Shown here one piece after another: positions 19,185-28,697 of a DNA stretch of 64,000 nt. A model generated the notes under the pieces. That model was not told the DNA's origin. It saw only the letters and a list, made by a program, of their open reading frames with translations, and searched no databases. Position 1 is the stretch's first letter. Each line of letters opens with the position of its first letter. Source of the DNA: an uncultured Candidatus Saccharibacteria bacterium (GTDB lineage: Bacteria > Patescibacteriota > Minisyncoccia > Phycocordibacterales > JAKAEA01); assembly GCA_964577595.1 (NCBI GenBank), contig CAZNZK010000004.1:27294-91293 (forward strand), read 5' to 3'. A program made the translations under genes and the position numbers.

Positions 19185-20318
19185 ATGGCTGAAAATAAGG
19201 CTAAAACACCATTTGATTTACCCAAACTTCCACCTTTAATTGATTATAAGGAGCTGGTTGAACATATAAGCTCTGCTCATGCGGCGTTGGCTCGGTTAGA
19301 TGAAATGCTTAAACACGTTAGCAACCCAGCTCTTATAGAAAGGACGTTTCTTACTCGCGAAGCTGTTTTGAGCTCTCAAATTGAGGGTACACAAGCAACT
19401 CTTGAAGAGGTTATGAAAAAAGAAGCGGAAGATGGAAAAAAGATTTCTGAAACGACGGAAAAAGCTCGCGATATTCAAGAAATCATTAATTATCGTGACG
19501 CTTTACGCGAAGGGGTGGAAATTATAAATCAAGGAGAATTTCTCGCGGAAAACAATGTTAAAAAACTCCACAGAATTCTTCTTGAATCGGTGCGTGGAAA
19601 AACCAGAGCGCCAGGTGAATTTAGACGAGAGCAAGTTTATATTGCACCGCCAGGAACTCCCATGTCGGAAGCCGGGTATATTCCTCCAGTACCACAAGAG
19701 GTTCCGGAGCTGTATGGAAATTTTGATAAATATCTCAATACTGCAACATCTGAAAGGGACGTGCTCGTGCAAATCGCAATTTCCCACTATCAATTTGAGG
19801 CAATTCACCCATTTAAAGATGGTAATGGCCGGATGGGGCGTCTGTTGATACCTTTGTTTTTGTATCAAAGGAAAATTATCGCTCGACCACTTATGTATAT
19901 TAGTCAATATTTTGAAGAACACCGACGGGATTATTACGACTTACTTGCGGATGTTAGCTATAAGGATGCTTGGATACCATGGCTACGTTTTTTTCTGAAC
20001 GGTTTAAAAGAACAAGCTCTGGATGCATGCCAATTGGCAGGTAAAATTATCACGCTCCGTGATGAGTATCAAAAACATCTCGCTGAATTTAATTCGACAT
20101 ATGCCTTTAATTTACTGGATGCTATCTTCGCCAGGCCAATTTTTACGGTTGTCAAAATTCAAGAAAGATCGGGAATCAAGGTTTACCAGACTCTATTAAA
20201 TTTGGTTGAAAAGTTTGTTGACGCGGGGATTTTGCAAGATTCCACTCCTGATAAAAAAAGAAATAAAATATATGAGTTCAAGCCCCTCCTAAAACTGTTG
20301 GAGAATAAAAAGGAGTAA
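19185..20318 (+). CDS. Fic family protein (class II, N-terminal SSQIEG inhibitory motif, C-terminal HTH)
   Basis: HPFKDGNGRMGR Fic motif. Confidence 0.93.
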   Translation: MAENKAKTPFDLPKLPPLIDYKELVEHISSAHAALARLDEMLKHVSNPALIERTFLTREAVLSSQIEGTQATLEEVMKKEAEDGKKISETTEKARDIQEIINYRDALREGVEIINQGEFLAENNVKKLHRILLESVRGKTRAPGEFRREQVYIAPPGTPMSEAGYIPPVPQEVPELYGNFDKYLNTATSERDVLVQIAISHYQFEAIHPFKDGNGRMGRLLIPLFLYQRKIIARPLMYISQYFEEHRRDYYDLLADVSYKDAWIPWLRFFLNGLKEQALDACQLAGKIITLRDEYQKHLAEFNSTYAFNLLDAIFARPIFTVVKIQERSGIKVYQTLLNLVEKFVDAGILQDSTPDKKRNKIYEFKPLLKLLENKKE

Positions 20319-20368
20319 ATAAACCAGGTGCTATCCGTGGATTTTCAGCTCAATTGTGGCTTAAAATA

Positions 20369-20397
20369 GTTCTAATACTGTCCCATACGGCCCGCAG
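20369..20397 (+). repeat. att-like cassette boundary, copy 1
   Basis: gttctaatactgtcccatacggcccgcag; 27 of 29 positions match 22051-22079. Confidence 0.8.
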
Positions 20398-20491
20398 CAA
20401 GATAGTGTTTAATTGTGTGTAATGTAGTGATTTTATGAGGTAATGCATGGTCGTAAGCCGACCTCGTTTTACAGTAACTGAGGTTGAATAA

Positions 20492-21385
20492 ATGCCCTCA
20501 ATCTACTATAATTCGGGTATGGAAAAACCTAGTCTTGCGTCAGATGCGGCTCTCGCAAGCACACCAGTCGAAAAGGCGATTGAAAACGTGCACGCAGATG
20601 CTGAGGTGACTAAGGACACACGTCCTGACATGGATACCGAGGAAAAAATAACGCAGTTGTCTAAAAGTAAACTTGAATTAGGCTCAACAATTGATGATCT
20701 TGATTCAAGAATATCGCAACATACGCAATCATTACACAGTGTTCGGGCGGCGCTCGACTTGCCAGAGCGGGCTGTGACTAACGACCCCGGATCGGTTGAG
20801 CTTAAGGACTTGATTGATGCGAAGAAAAAAGCTGAAGATAAACTCGAAAAAAAAGATGCATCGTTGACTAGCGAAGAAATGAAAGCAGAAGATACTGAAC
20901 AAGAAAGATTGAACAACAAAAAGATACAAGAGGGCTTATATTACTGCTCTCAATCAACACAAAAATTTGCAAACACATTACACGAACGAGTTGAGAGTGG
21001 TTTTGATTCCCTTGTTGATGATCAAGGACTTTCTGCAATTGATATTGCAACTGGGGGTTTAGATCAGGTAGGTAGTGAAAAAGAGATTGACTCTGCTCAA
21101 TTGCAAAAAACAGTAAGTACGCTGTATCAAGGTTTAGATGCTTTTGGGCGAGCGGAATCTGACAATACCCATCCCGCCGATAGTGCCGAAAGTCTGGAGT
21201 CCATGGCTTATGCGTTGAAGTCACTGCACGAAGGTGTGGGTGTAGTAAAGAACGCACTCAGTGTGCAAGGAAAAAAGTATCTTGATTCAGTAAATATCCT
21301 GCAAAAAATAGAGGATGAGGTGATTCCGCCAAGATACGATTTTCTGGTCAGAAAAATCAATGTGCTTAATGAGTATTATAGATAA
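20492..21385 (+). CDS. Hypothetical acidic coiled-coil protein (start may be 20519)
   Basis: 297-aa ORF rich in E/K/D/S. Confidence 0.7.
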   Translation: MPSIYYNSGMEKPSLASDAALASTPVEKAIENVHADAEVTKDTRPDMDTEEKITQLSKSKLELGSTIDDLDSRISQHTQSLHSVRAALDLPERAVTNDPGSVELKDLIDAKKKAEDKLEKKDASLTSEEMKAEDTEQERLNNKKIQEGLYYCSQSTQKFANTLHERVESGFDSLVDDQGLSAIDIATGGLDQVGSEKEIDSAQLQKTVSTLYQGLDAFGRAESDNTHPADSAESLESMAYALKSLHEGVGVVKNALSVQGKKYLDSVNILQKIEDEVIPPRYDFLVRKINVLNEYYR

Positions 21386-21416
21386 TATAGAGAGGCCACA
21401 ATAGTTTCTAAAGTGT

Positions 21417-21974
21417 ATGAAAATACTTGCCATATCGGATAGGCCGCCAAGAAAGGGATTGAAAGATTTGGTTGAAAAGGAAAACATAAAATTAATTATT
21501 ACACTCGGCGATCTTGAATATCTTCAACTAATTGAGCTTAATAATATTTCAATTCCCAAGATCGGAGTGTATGGGAATCATTGCTCAGGTAACTATTTTG
21601 ATGATCTGGGAATTAAAAATATGCACTTACAGACCTTTGGGTTTGGCGGATTAAGTTTTGGAGGATTTGAGGGGTCTCATAAATACAAAAATGATCCATA
21701 TGCAAAAATGTACACTCAAGACCAAGCAAGGGAACTATTGAAAGACTTCCCCCACGTCGACGTCTTTGTATCGCACTCTCCACCCAAGGGAATAAATGAC
21801 CAAGACGATCTCGCCCATGTTGGATTAGAAGCATTGAGGGTCTACGTCCAAGAAAAGAAGCCAAAATATTTTTTACACGGCCACACATATCCTAAACCAG
21901 GAGAAGAGGTTACGCATTTTGAATCGACGGAAATCATTTATGTTTACGGGGATAAAATAATAGATTTACATTGA
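21417..21974 (+). CDS. Calcineurin-like metallophosphoesterase
   Basis: MKILAISD, LGDL, YGNH, SHSPP, HGHT. Confidence 0.9.
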   Translation: MKILAISDRPPRKGLKDLVEKENIKLIITLGDLEYLQLIELNNISIPKIGVYGNHCSGNYFDDLGIKNMHLQTFGFGGLSFGGFEGSHKYKNDPYAKMYTQDQARELLKDFPHVDVFVSHSPPKGINDQDDLAHVGLEALRVYVQEKKPKYFLHGHTYPKPGEEVTHFESTEIIYVYGDKIIDLH

Positions 21975-22050
21975 CCATTAATATGCAAATTTCCGACTCA
22001 TACATATCTAAACTTTCCCCATAATTTGCGTATTATTTTTAAACAATTCC

Positions 22051-22091
22051 GTTCTAATGCCGTCCCATACGGCCCGCAGTGAAGCACCACT
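22051..22091 (+). repeat. att-like cassette boundary, copy 2, including the tRNA-Trp 3' direct repeat
   Basis: gttctaatgccgtcccatac-ggcccgcagtgaagcaccact. Confidence 0.8.
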
Positions 22092-22111
22092 CGTGTAGTG
22101 TGCAAAAGGAT

Positions 22112-23056
22112 ATGAAAAAGGTATTCATTAGCAATTCTCCAATTCAGGGTAGGGGAGTATTTGCCGCAGAAAATCTAAAAAAGAATGAAAAAGTTTTCAT
22201 GGTGAAAGGGCCTGTAATTATCTATCCAACACTGCCAGACGGAAGAATTGGTTCAGATTGGATGCACGTAGGACACAATGCGTGGAAAATCGCATACCAT
22301 GGTAGTCCTTGGGTTTTTCTCAACCACTCTTGCCGGCCCAATGCTTTTTTAAAAAATAAGTCTGACGTCGTGGCCATAAGGCCGATTAAAAAAGGTACAG
22401 AAATAACGCTGGATTATTCTTTCACTGAAGGGGGTCAAAATTGGAAAATGAAATGTCGGTGTGGTCTGCCCGAATGCAGAAAACAGATTCGAAGTATACA
22501 ATCTTTGCCGGAAACATTATTTAGGAAATACCAAGAGTATGTGCCCTCTTTTTTACAAAAAGAGTATTTAAAGCAGAAGGTATATGTTGGAAAAATAAAA
22601 TCAGGCCGTACTGTTTTTGTAAAGCGGCTAATAAAGAAAGGGGAAATATTATTTACCGTAGAAGGGCCACGCATCAGATTCCGAAAACCTCCAAAAGATA
22701 GCATTGGTTTTAAGTGGCTTGGTATTAGTAAAAACGAATGGTGTATTCCATTCAGAACCAATCCTTGGTTTTATGTGAGGCATTCGTGTGATCCGAATGT
22801 TGGTCTAGTCGATAAAAATAATGTGGTAGCACTAAAAATTATTGAGGCAAATGAAGAGATAGTCGTCGATGATTCAATTACAGAAGCTCAGGCAACATGG
22901 AAGGTGAAGTGTCATTGTGGCTCTAAAAATTGCCGCGGTATTATTAGGTCCATTCAGTTTTTGCCTAAAAAACAGTTTAAAAAATATTTACCCTACATCC
23001 CCGACTATTTTCAGAAAATATACAAACTCTATGCCGCACAAGATGGGTCGGTTTAG
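22112..23056 (+). CDS. Tandem double SET-domain protein (each with a post-SET CxCGxxxC)
   Basis: GRGVFA..NHSCRPN..EITLDY..CRCGLPECR, then RHSCDPN..EIVVDD..CHCGSKNCR. Confidence 0.88.
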   Translation: MKKVFISNSPIQGRGVFAAENLKKNEKVFMVKGPVIIYPTLPDGRIGSDWMHVGHNAWKIAYHGSPWVFLNHSCRPNAFLKNKSDVVAIRPIKKGTEITLDYSFTEGGQNWKMKCRCGLPECRKQIRSIQSLPETLFRKYQEYVPSFLQKEYLKQKVYVGKIKSGRTVFVKRLIKKGEILFTVEGPRIRFRKPPKDSIGFKWLGISKNEWCIPFRTNPWFYVRHSCDPNVGLVDKNNVVALKIIEANEEIVVDDSITEAQATWKVKCHCGSKNCRGIIRSIQFLPKKQFKKYLPYIPDYFQKIYKLYAAQDGSV

Positions 23057-23163
23057 ATGCTGAAAATAAACAAAACAGTCCACTCAAATTTATTGTTCTG
23101 ACACAAATAAAAGAAAACCGTATAAAAGATTATGTAAAATGCAATATCTAATCGCGAGATTGG

Positions 23164-23850
23164 TTATTTCATTGCAACTGCCGCCTGAAAATCGCCGAGG
23201 GTGGAAAAAGTGCCGTGGACTTTATTATTGATGATGAAAAAAGGCGGGGTAGTGGTGACAGGAATTTTCGGCAAGGAGAGAAGCGATTGCACGGCGGCGA
23301 AATCATTGGTGTAGTCAAAAGAATACACATAGGCTTGTGGATTTTGCTGTTTAACGGCGCCGAGAATATATTCTTGAGCAAGGCACTGGTCGCAGGATGC
23401 GTCGGGATAAAAGTAGAGGACAAAAAGTGGGCTACTGGTGGCGGAAATCGGTGTCGCGGTTTTTGGTGCCGGGTTTAGTGCGCGCTCCAAAAGGTAGGCC
23501 TTTATTTCCAACAGAGAAAAGTAGCGTTCCAAGCGGAAAAGATCGGGATTCTCGGGCCCGAGCTGGTCTTGCATGAAGGCAAGCTTGGCCTGGAGATCAT
23601 TCATGTTAGAGGCGATAACGGCGGCGGTGCTGGTGGCGGAAGCATTGGCACCACTGCGCAAAACTTGCGCGGCGGTGAGTTCGGATTGTGCTTGTAGGGA
23701 AAGAATCTGGGTGGCCACAGCATCTTCCTCGTTCTGGAGAGAAATAGTTTTTCTATAATTTAAATAGTTACTGACGAGCCAGGCGCCGAAGAAAAGCGCC
23801 AGCGTCGCCCCTAGTGTTAGGGCGTAGAGCCATATGGGGATTTTTTTCAT
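23164..23850 (-). CDS. Membrane-anchored protein with C-terminal thioredoxin-like CxxC domain
   Basis: N-terminal TM; VLYFYPDASCDQC..YSFD..PFFIIN. Confidence 0.7.
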   Translation of the reverse strand: MKKIPIWLYALTLGATLALFFGAWLVSNYLNYRKTISLQNEEDAVATQILSLQAQSELTAAQVLRSGANASATSTAAVIASNMNDLQAKLAFMQDQLGPENPDLFRLERYFSLLEIKAYLLERALNPAPKTATPISATSSPLFVLYFYPDASCDQCLAQEYILGAVKQQNPQAYVYSFDYTNDFAAVQSLLSLPKIPVTTTPPFFIINNKVHGTFSTLGDFQAAVAMK

Positions 23851-25166
23851 AGCGAAGGAGAGTTGGAATTTTTCACCGTGACAACGGCGCGCTCTTTTTG
23901 CCAGCTGGGGGCGTGCGAGATGGCCGCATTATACACCGACTTTATAATCCACCATGGCGAGAGAAGCGGAAAGAGAATAAAGTAGAGAACGGTGGAGCGG
24001 CCAAAAAGTGTTTTCTCGCCGGCCAGGATGCGGGCCTCAATAATCATGCCAATCATCAAGAAGTAGACGACGGCGATAAGCAGAAAGTGAGCTTGGGTGC
24101 TCACAAAAAACCAGTTCCAGGCAAAGTGCGGTGCTTGCCAGCCCACCACGCGCATTTGCACGGAGAAGTGCCAGAGGCTCAAAATGAAGCGGTAGATAAT
24201 AAAAGCGACGGAAGAGACAACGCCGATAATCATTGCCACACCAATGGGGACGGTGAAGAGGGCGAGGTTGCCGTAGCGTGGGTTCAGGAGCATGTGGCGG
24301 TAATCGCGGACGTTGAGGAGGAAGCCAGAGGTCCAGCGCACTCGTTGGCGATAGAGCTTGGCGATGGTGGCGGGGCCGGCGGTATACACTATTGCATCAT
24401 GGACATTTTCAATGTGTAAATGGCTGGCCTGAATGCGAAAAGCCAATTCCATATCCTCGGTGTTATGGGCGTGCTGGAAGTAGCCGATTTTCGCGAAAAG
24501 ATCGCGACGGAAAAGCGAAAATGGCCCGGGCGTAACATAAATAGCGCCGATGCAAGCCTGGACTTTTTTAACGAGCATACCAACAAGGTATTCGGTGTAT
24601 TGGAGTACTTGGATAAGCGTCTTCGGTTTATAGATTTTCATACCCGGAGTGACGGCGGCAACCATCGCGCCTGGCGTGCCTAATGGGGCGCTAAGGTCGC
24701 CAAAAAATGGCACCATTTTTTTCAAGGCATCGGAGGCAACGAGCGAGTCGGCATCCAGGCAACCAACAATGTCGGTACTGGCGTGCTCTATTGCGTAATT
24801 GAGGGCGGTATATTTGCCACCGTTTTCTTTGCGGTGAATTTCAAGCATTGCATAGCGGCTTTGCAGGTTTTGTAAAACGCTCCAGGTGTTGTCGCGCGAG
24901 CCGTCGTCTACGGCAACAATGCGCAATTTTCCGGCAGGATATTTAAGCGCGGCTAGGGATTCAACGGTTTTACCCACCGTTTTTGCCTCGTTGTAGCAAG
25001 GAACGATAATGGTGACGGAAGGGTAGAGGGCTGGCTCCCGCTCGGCTTTGGCCCTGTCGTCGCGGATTTTGCGTCGATTAACGGTGTAGACAACCAGAAT
25101 AAAGACCTGAAAATAAAGGCCGACGAATAAAAAGCAGTAAAGGGCTATATTCTGGAGCGTTTCCAT
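23847..25166 (-). CDS. Processive GT2 glycosyltransferase (PgaC/cellulose-synthase-like)
   Basis: VPCYNE, DDGS, DADS, TED and QRVRW motifs with flanking TMs. Confidence 0.9.
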   Translation of the reverse strand: METLQNIALYCFLFVGLYFQVFILVVYTVNRRKIRDDRAKAEREPALYPSVTIIVPCYNEAKTVGKTVESLAALKYPAGKLRIVAVDDGSRDNTWSVLQNLQSRYAMLEIHRKENGGKYTALNYAIEHASTDIVGCLDADSLVASDALKKMVPFFGDLSAPLGTPGAMVAAVTPGMKIYKPKTLIQVLQYTEYLVGMLVKKVQACIGAIYVTPGPFSLFRRDLFAKIGYFQHAHNTEDMELAFRIQASHLHIENVHDAIVYTAGPATIAKLYRQRVRWTSGFLLNVRDYRHMLLNPRYGNLALFTVPIGVAMIIGVVSSVAFIIYRFILSLWHFSVQMRVVGWQAPHFAWNWFFVSTQAHFLLIAVVYFLMIGMIIEARILAGEKTLFGRSTVLYFILFPLLSPWWIIKSVYNAAISHAPSWQKERAVVTVKNSNSPSL

Positions 25167-25221
25167 GAAAAGTGTTGTGCAGTATAGCAAAAACAGGCGG
25201 TTTGAGCTATGATGGCTCATT

Positions 25222-26364
25222 ATGACTAGAAAGATTGTCATTGCCGACCCGCAGGAGGACGCTCTCGTCGCCGAGCTAGAAAAAAGAACCGATGTTAAGG
25301 CCGAGCGCGTAAAACGGCTTTTACGCTTGCCCGACTTAACGAAAAAAGCCAACTCGCCCGTAAAAATTCTTTTTGATCAAATAATTTCTTTGCCTCGCTT
25401 TAAAAATTTTGACCTCGTTGATTTTCCGCGGATAGTGACGGTGGAGCAAGATTTTGACCTCCTTAATACACCCGCCAACCATCCAAGCAGAAAAGAAACC
25501 GACACCTATTATGTGGACGAAAACCATGTACTCAGAACGCAAATGACCGTTATGTGGTCGTTTTATCTGAAAGACAAAGACATTTTGAAAAAACTGGAAA
25601 CCGAGGGCGAAATCGGGGCGCTTTCAACCGGTATCGTTTTTCGCAAGGACGAAATTGACCGCCACCACTACCCGGCGTTTCACCAAATTGACGGTCTCTA
25701 CGTGTGTAAGCGGTCAAAAAAAGTTATCACCCAGAAAGATCTGGAGGAGGTGCAGGTTGATATGGCCAAAAGCATTTTCGGCGACGCCATAGAATACAAA
25801 TTTCTGGTGGATACATTTCCGTTTACCGACCCTTCCGTGGAAATGGACATGAAATTCCGTGGCGAGTGGATGGAGGTCAACGGCGCTGGCTTGGTGCATC
25901 CGCAGGTGCTGAAAAATTTTGGCTTGGATCCGGAAATCTACAATGGCTGGGCTTTCGGTTTCGGCGACCGTTTGGCAATGGTAAAAATGGGCATTCCTGA
26001 CATTCGTATTTTATGGTCGGAGGATTCGCGTATCACCTCGCAATTCAAAGACATTAACAGCACGTTTAAAGAAATCAGCAAATATCCGGCCGTGGTGCGC
26101 GACATTTCTTTCGTTGTGGACAAAAGCGTCACGCTTAATAATTATTACGAAATTATCAGAGATGAGGCCGAAAATCTCATTGAAGAAGTGAAGCTTATAG
26201 ATACGTTTGAAAATGAGAAAAAATTCGGTCCCGGCAAAATTTCCCATACCTTCAGAATCACCTATCGGTCATTAGACAGAACGCTCACTAATGACGAAAT
26301 AAACCGCATCCACGATGCGATCGTGAAAAAAACCGAGAAAGAGTTGCAGGCGGTGGTGCGGTAA
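25222..26364 (+). CDS. pheS: Phenylalanyl-tRNA synthetase, monomeric organelle type (catalytic alpha plus FDX-ACB domain)
   Basis: HPSR..DTYY, FRKDEIDRHHYPAFHQ, FPFTDPS, GWAFGFG, DIR; C-terminal KYPAVVRDISF..YRSLDRTLT. Confidence 0.9.
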   Translation: MTRKIVIADPQEDALVAELEKRTDVKAERVKRLLRLPDLTKKANSPVKILFDQIISLPRFKNFDLVDFPRIVTVEQDFDLLNTPANHPSRKETDTYYVDENHVLRTQMTVMWSFYLKDKDILKKLETEGEIGALSTGIVFRKDEIDRHHYPAFHQIDGLYVCKRSKKVITQKDLEEVQVDMAKSIFGDAIEYKFLVDTFPFTDPSVEMDMKFRGEWMEVNGAGLVHPQVLKNFGLDPEIYNGWAFGFGDRLAMVKMGIPDIRILWSEDSRITSQFKDINSTFKEISKYPAVVRDISFVVDKSVTLNNYYEIIRDEAENLIEEVKLIDTFENEKKFGPGKISHTFRITYRSLDRTLTNDEINRIHDAIVKKTEKELQAVVR

Positions 26365-26381
26365 TATGTTAAAATAAAAAC

Positions 26382-27056
26382 ATGAATCCGGAAAAATTTT
26401 CACCGTCCGCTTCTCTCGGAGACTCCCCAAAACCTGTTAGCTTGTCTGCCGGTAAGCGTTTAGAAGCTCAGCTTTTTAAGGAACTGGAGTGCGGCTGGGA
26501 TGGCGAGAAATGGGTGGAGTTGGCCAAACATAATCACCGCGAGGCGCAAAAAGTTTTTAATGATTGGGTCAACCACAATAGCACCGGCAAAGTAGAAGCC
26601 GCGTTGATAGATTGGGTTAAGGAGCATCAACCTGAAGGCTGGGATCCACACGAGCCGCCCGTCATTAAATTTGTGGAGAAAAAAGGAAGCGCAGTTCGTG
26701 ATGTCCGAAGCGAAGCCCCTGGCAACCTGCACTACTTTGTCATGGAGCAGCTTGGCGTTGACGATTTGGGCGAGCTAGCTTTTTACACCAGTGCGGGAAC
26801 GCCCTTGGATACCCTCTACGGCATTGATGGTTTCTTTGAATGGCAGGGGATGCGGGTTACACTGGACATCACCAAGAATCGCGACAAACTTGAATATGGC
26901 CGGGCTCAGAAAAAAGCTAATGTTATTTTTACGCTGAACGATGTGGATGAAGACGGTTGGTTTCAAAAAATTCCCGAGAGTGATCTGCGTCTAGCAGCCA
27001 TGAAAATTGCCGATGAGTTTAAATTCAAGCAACGAGTTCGTCAGCAGGCGGCCTAA
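26382..27056 (+). CDS. Hypothetical protein (possible PD-(D/E)xK-like fold)
   Basis: 224-aa ORF; LDTLYGIDGFF..VTLDIT motif. Confidence 0.65.
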   Translation: MNPEKFSPSASLGDSPKPVSLSAGKRLEAQLFKELECGWDGEKWVELAKHNHREAQKVFNDWVNHNSTGKVEAALIDWVKEHQPEGWDPHEPPVIKFVEKKGSAVRDVRSEAPGNLHYFVMEQLGVDDLGELAFYTSAGTPLDTLYGIDGFFEWQGMRVTLDITKNRDKLEYGRAQKKANVIFTLNDVDEDGWFQKIPESDLRLAAMKIADEFKFKQRVRQQAA

Positions 27057-27126
27057 CTTGCTTTTTAACAATAACCGTGTTATTATAGAATTTAGTTGAT
27101 TTTGGAGGCTTTTTTAGGAGGAAACT

Positions 27127-27351
27127 CTGGAAAAGATTCAATACAGTATCAAGTGCCCGCGTTGTGGCGAGCGCACAGTGTCCGCAATGGAATTTTTAGA
27201 GCTGCTGCCCGCCGATGTTAAAACTCGGCTTTCGGTAGCGGTGGAAAGGAGGAAAGCCAAAGGAGTTCTGCTTGATCTGGAAACTCCGTGTGGCCGGTGT
27301 GAGCAACCCTTCCTTCGTTGGAAAGGCCAGCTTCTCATCCTTTCCGAGTGA
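27127..27351 (+). CDS. Small zinc-ribbon protein with CTG start (not in ORF track)
   Basis: AGGAGG SD, then (M)EKIQYSIKCPRCGERT...ETPCGRCEQPFLRWKGQLLILSE*, followed by a terminator near 27371-27400. Confidence 0.65.
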   Translation: MEKIQYSIKCPRCGERTVSAMEFLELLPADVKTRLSVAVERRKAKGVLLDLETPCGRCEQPFLRWKGQLLILSE

Positions 27352-27490
27352 GTTTGAACAATAGAACAGCAACCCGGCGATTGGCACGCCGGGTTTTCTT
27401 TTTGCAAAAAATGGAAAAATGGGGCCAGACCCCAATTAAAAAGCCCCACTTGGTGGTGGGGCCGGAAGTGCTCGTTGGGGTTCGGCGGGG

Positions 27491-27985
27491 CTAGGCAAAA
27501 TTCGTGGCTAGCCCGTGGTCAATTGCTTGGTTCATGTTGAGAACGAGACGGAGCTTGATGAGGTGAAGTGCTCCTACGGTGTTGAGGCGGTATCTGTCTG
27601 ATACGGTCGATTTCCTTGAGACGTCGGCAATCATCTCGGCAATTTGATAGTCCCACAACCTGGAACGATCGGTTTCGGTCATTTTATTTGAATCTTGCAA
27701 CTTCTCTTTAAGGGGAGTAAGACGTATTTCGCCTCGGTAGGCAATGAGTCGATCCTGGCCGGCAAGAAAGATTGGTAGAGCTGCCATATCCAGCTCTATA
27801 GGAGCGATGGTGCGCACGGCGATTTTTTCCTCGGTGACGCGTCGATAAAAATTTATAGCGGCCTGGGCGTTCTGTTCCCCGGTGCGTATGAATAGTTCGC
27901 TTTCCCGATTCAGTTGTAGCTGGTGGAGAAGGCTGTTCAGCTCGCGAGCGTTTGCGACTGCGGTGTAACTGCGAATACCAGACAT
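27491..27985 (-). CDS. ClpP-like protein lacking catalytic Ser/His
   Basis: LFIRTGEQ..AAINFY..VRTIA..LDMAALPIFLAG..R..; C-terminal NQAIDHGLA; AAGGAG SD. Confidence 0.65.
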   Translation of the reverse strand: MSGIRSYTAVANARELNSLLHQLQLNRESELFIRTGEQNAQAAINFYRRVTEEKIAVRTIAPIELDMAALPIFLAGQDRLIAYRGEIRLTPLKEKLQDSNKMTETDRSRLWDYQIAEMIADVSRKSTVSDRYRLNTVGALHLIKLRLVLNMNQAIDHGLATNFA

Positions 27986-28077
27986 AAGTACTCCTTTTGT
28001 GGTTGTTTAAAAAGTCTGCTTTCACACTACGACATTTAGCGCTTTTAAACAAGGCGCACATGGTTTATGATGTTTTT

Positions 28078-28635
28078 ATGAAGCTTATCGCTATTACAGG
28101 CACGCTTGGCGCCGGCAAGGGGGCGGTGGTTGCGTACTTGGAAGAAAAGGGTTTTAGACACTATTCGGTGCGCGAATATTTATCGCGGGAGGTTACTCGG
28201 CGCGGTTTGCCACCAACACGTGACAGTTTGCGCGATGTGGGAAATGACTTGCGTAAACAACACGGTGCCGGCTACATTATTGGCGAACTTCTCCGAGAGG
28301 CGCGGGTGGCCGGTGGTGATGCGATTATTGAATCTATCCGAGCCGCGGGCGAAGTGGCGCTTTTGCGCGCGGAGGCGCCGGAATGTATTTTGTTGGCTGT
28401 TGACGCACCTATAAAAACTCGGTACGAAAGAATTGTTGGGCGTGGCTCAAGCACCGACCACGTTAGTTTTGAAAAATTCAAAGCCGATGAAGAGCGCGAA
28501 ATGGCCGCTTCAGAGCCGTGGGACATGAATATTTCCGCCTGCATGGTCGCGGCTGACGTTCGCTTGGAAAATGGCGGCACTTTGCAAGAATTGCAGAGCC
28601 AAACCGACGCTATTTTGAAGCGTATTTCCGCCTAA
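28078..28635 (+). CDS. P-loop nucleotide kinase (archaeal-type dephospho-CoA kinase-like)
   Basis: IAITGTLGAGKG, IIESIR, VDAP..RYERI..R. Confidence 0.75.
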   Translation: MKLIAITGTLGAGKGAVVAYLEEKGFRHYSVREYLSREVTRRGLPPTRDSLRDVGNDLRKQHGAGYIIGELLREARVAGGDAIIESIRAAGEVALLRAEAPECILLAVDAPIKTRYERIVGRGSSTDHVSFEKFKADEEREMAASEPWDMNISACMVAADVRLENGGTLQELQSQTDAILKRISA

Positions 28636-28697
28636 GTTTTTACCTCATTTTTCACTTTCTTTCCAGGGGCTTTTATGCTATACTAAACGCACAACAA

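Larger units (their letters stand above)
18964..23160 (+). mobile_element. AT-rich island / cassette-like array at the tRNA-Trp 3' end
   Basis: ggcccgcag core at 18964, 20389 and 22071; 21-bp direct repeat 18964-18984 = 22071-22091; visibly lower GC; right border approximate. Confidence 0.65.
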
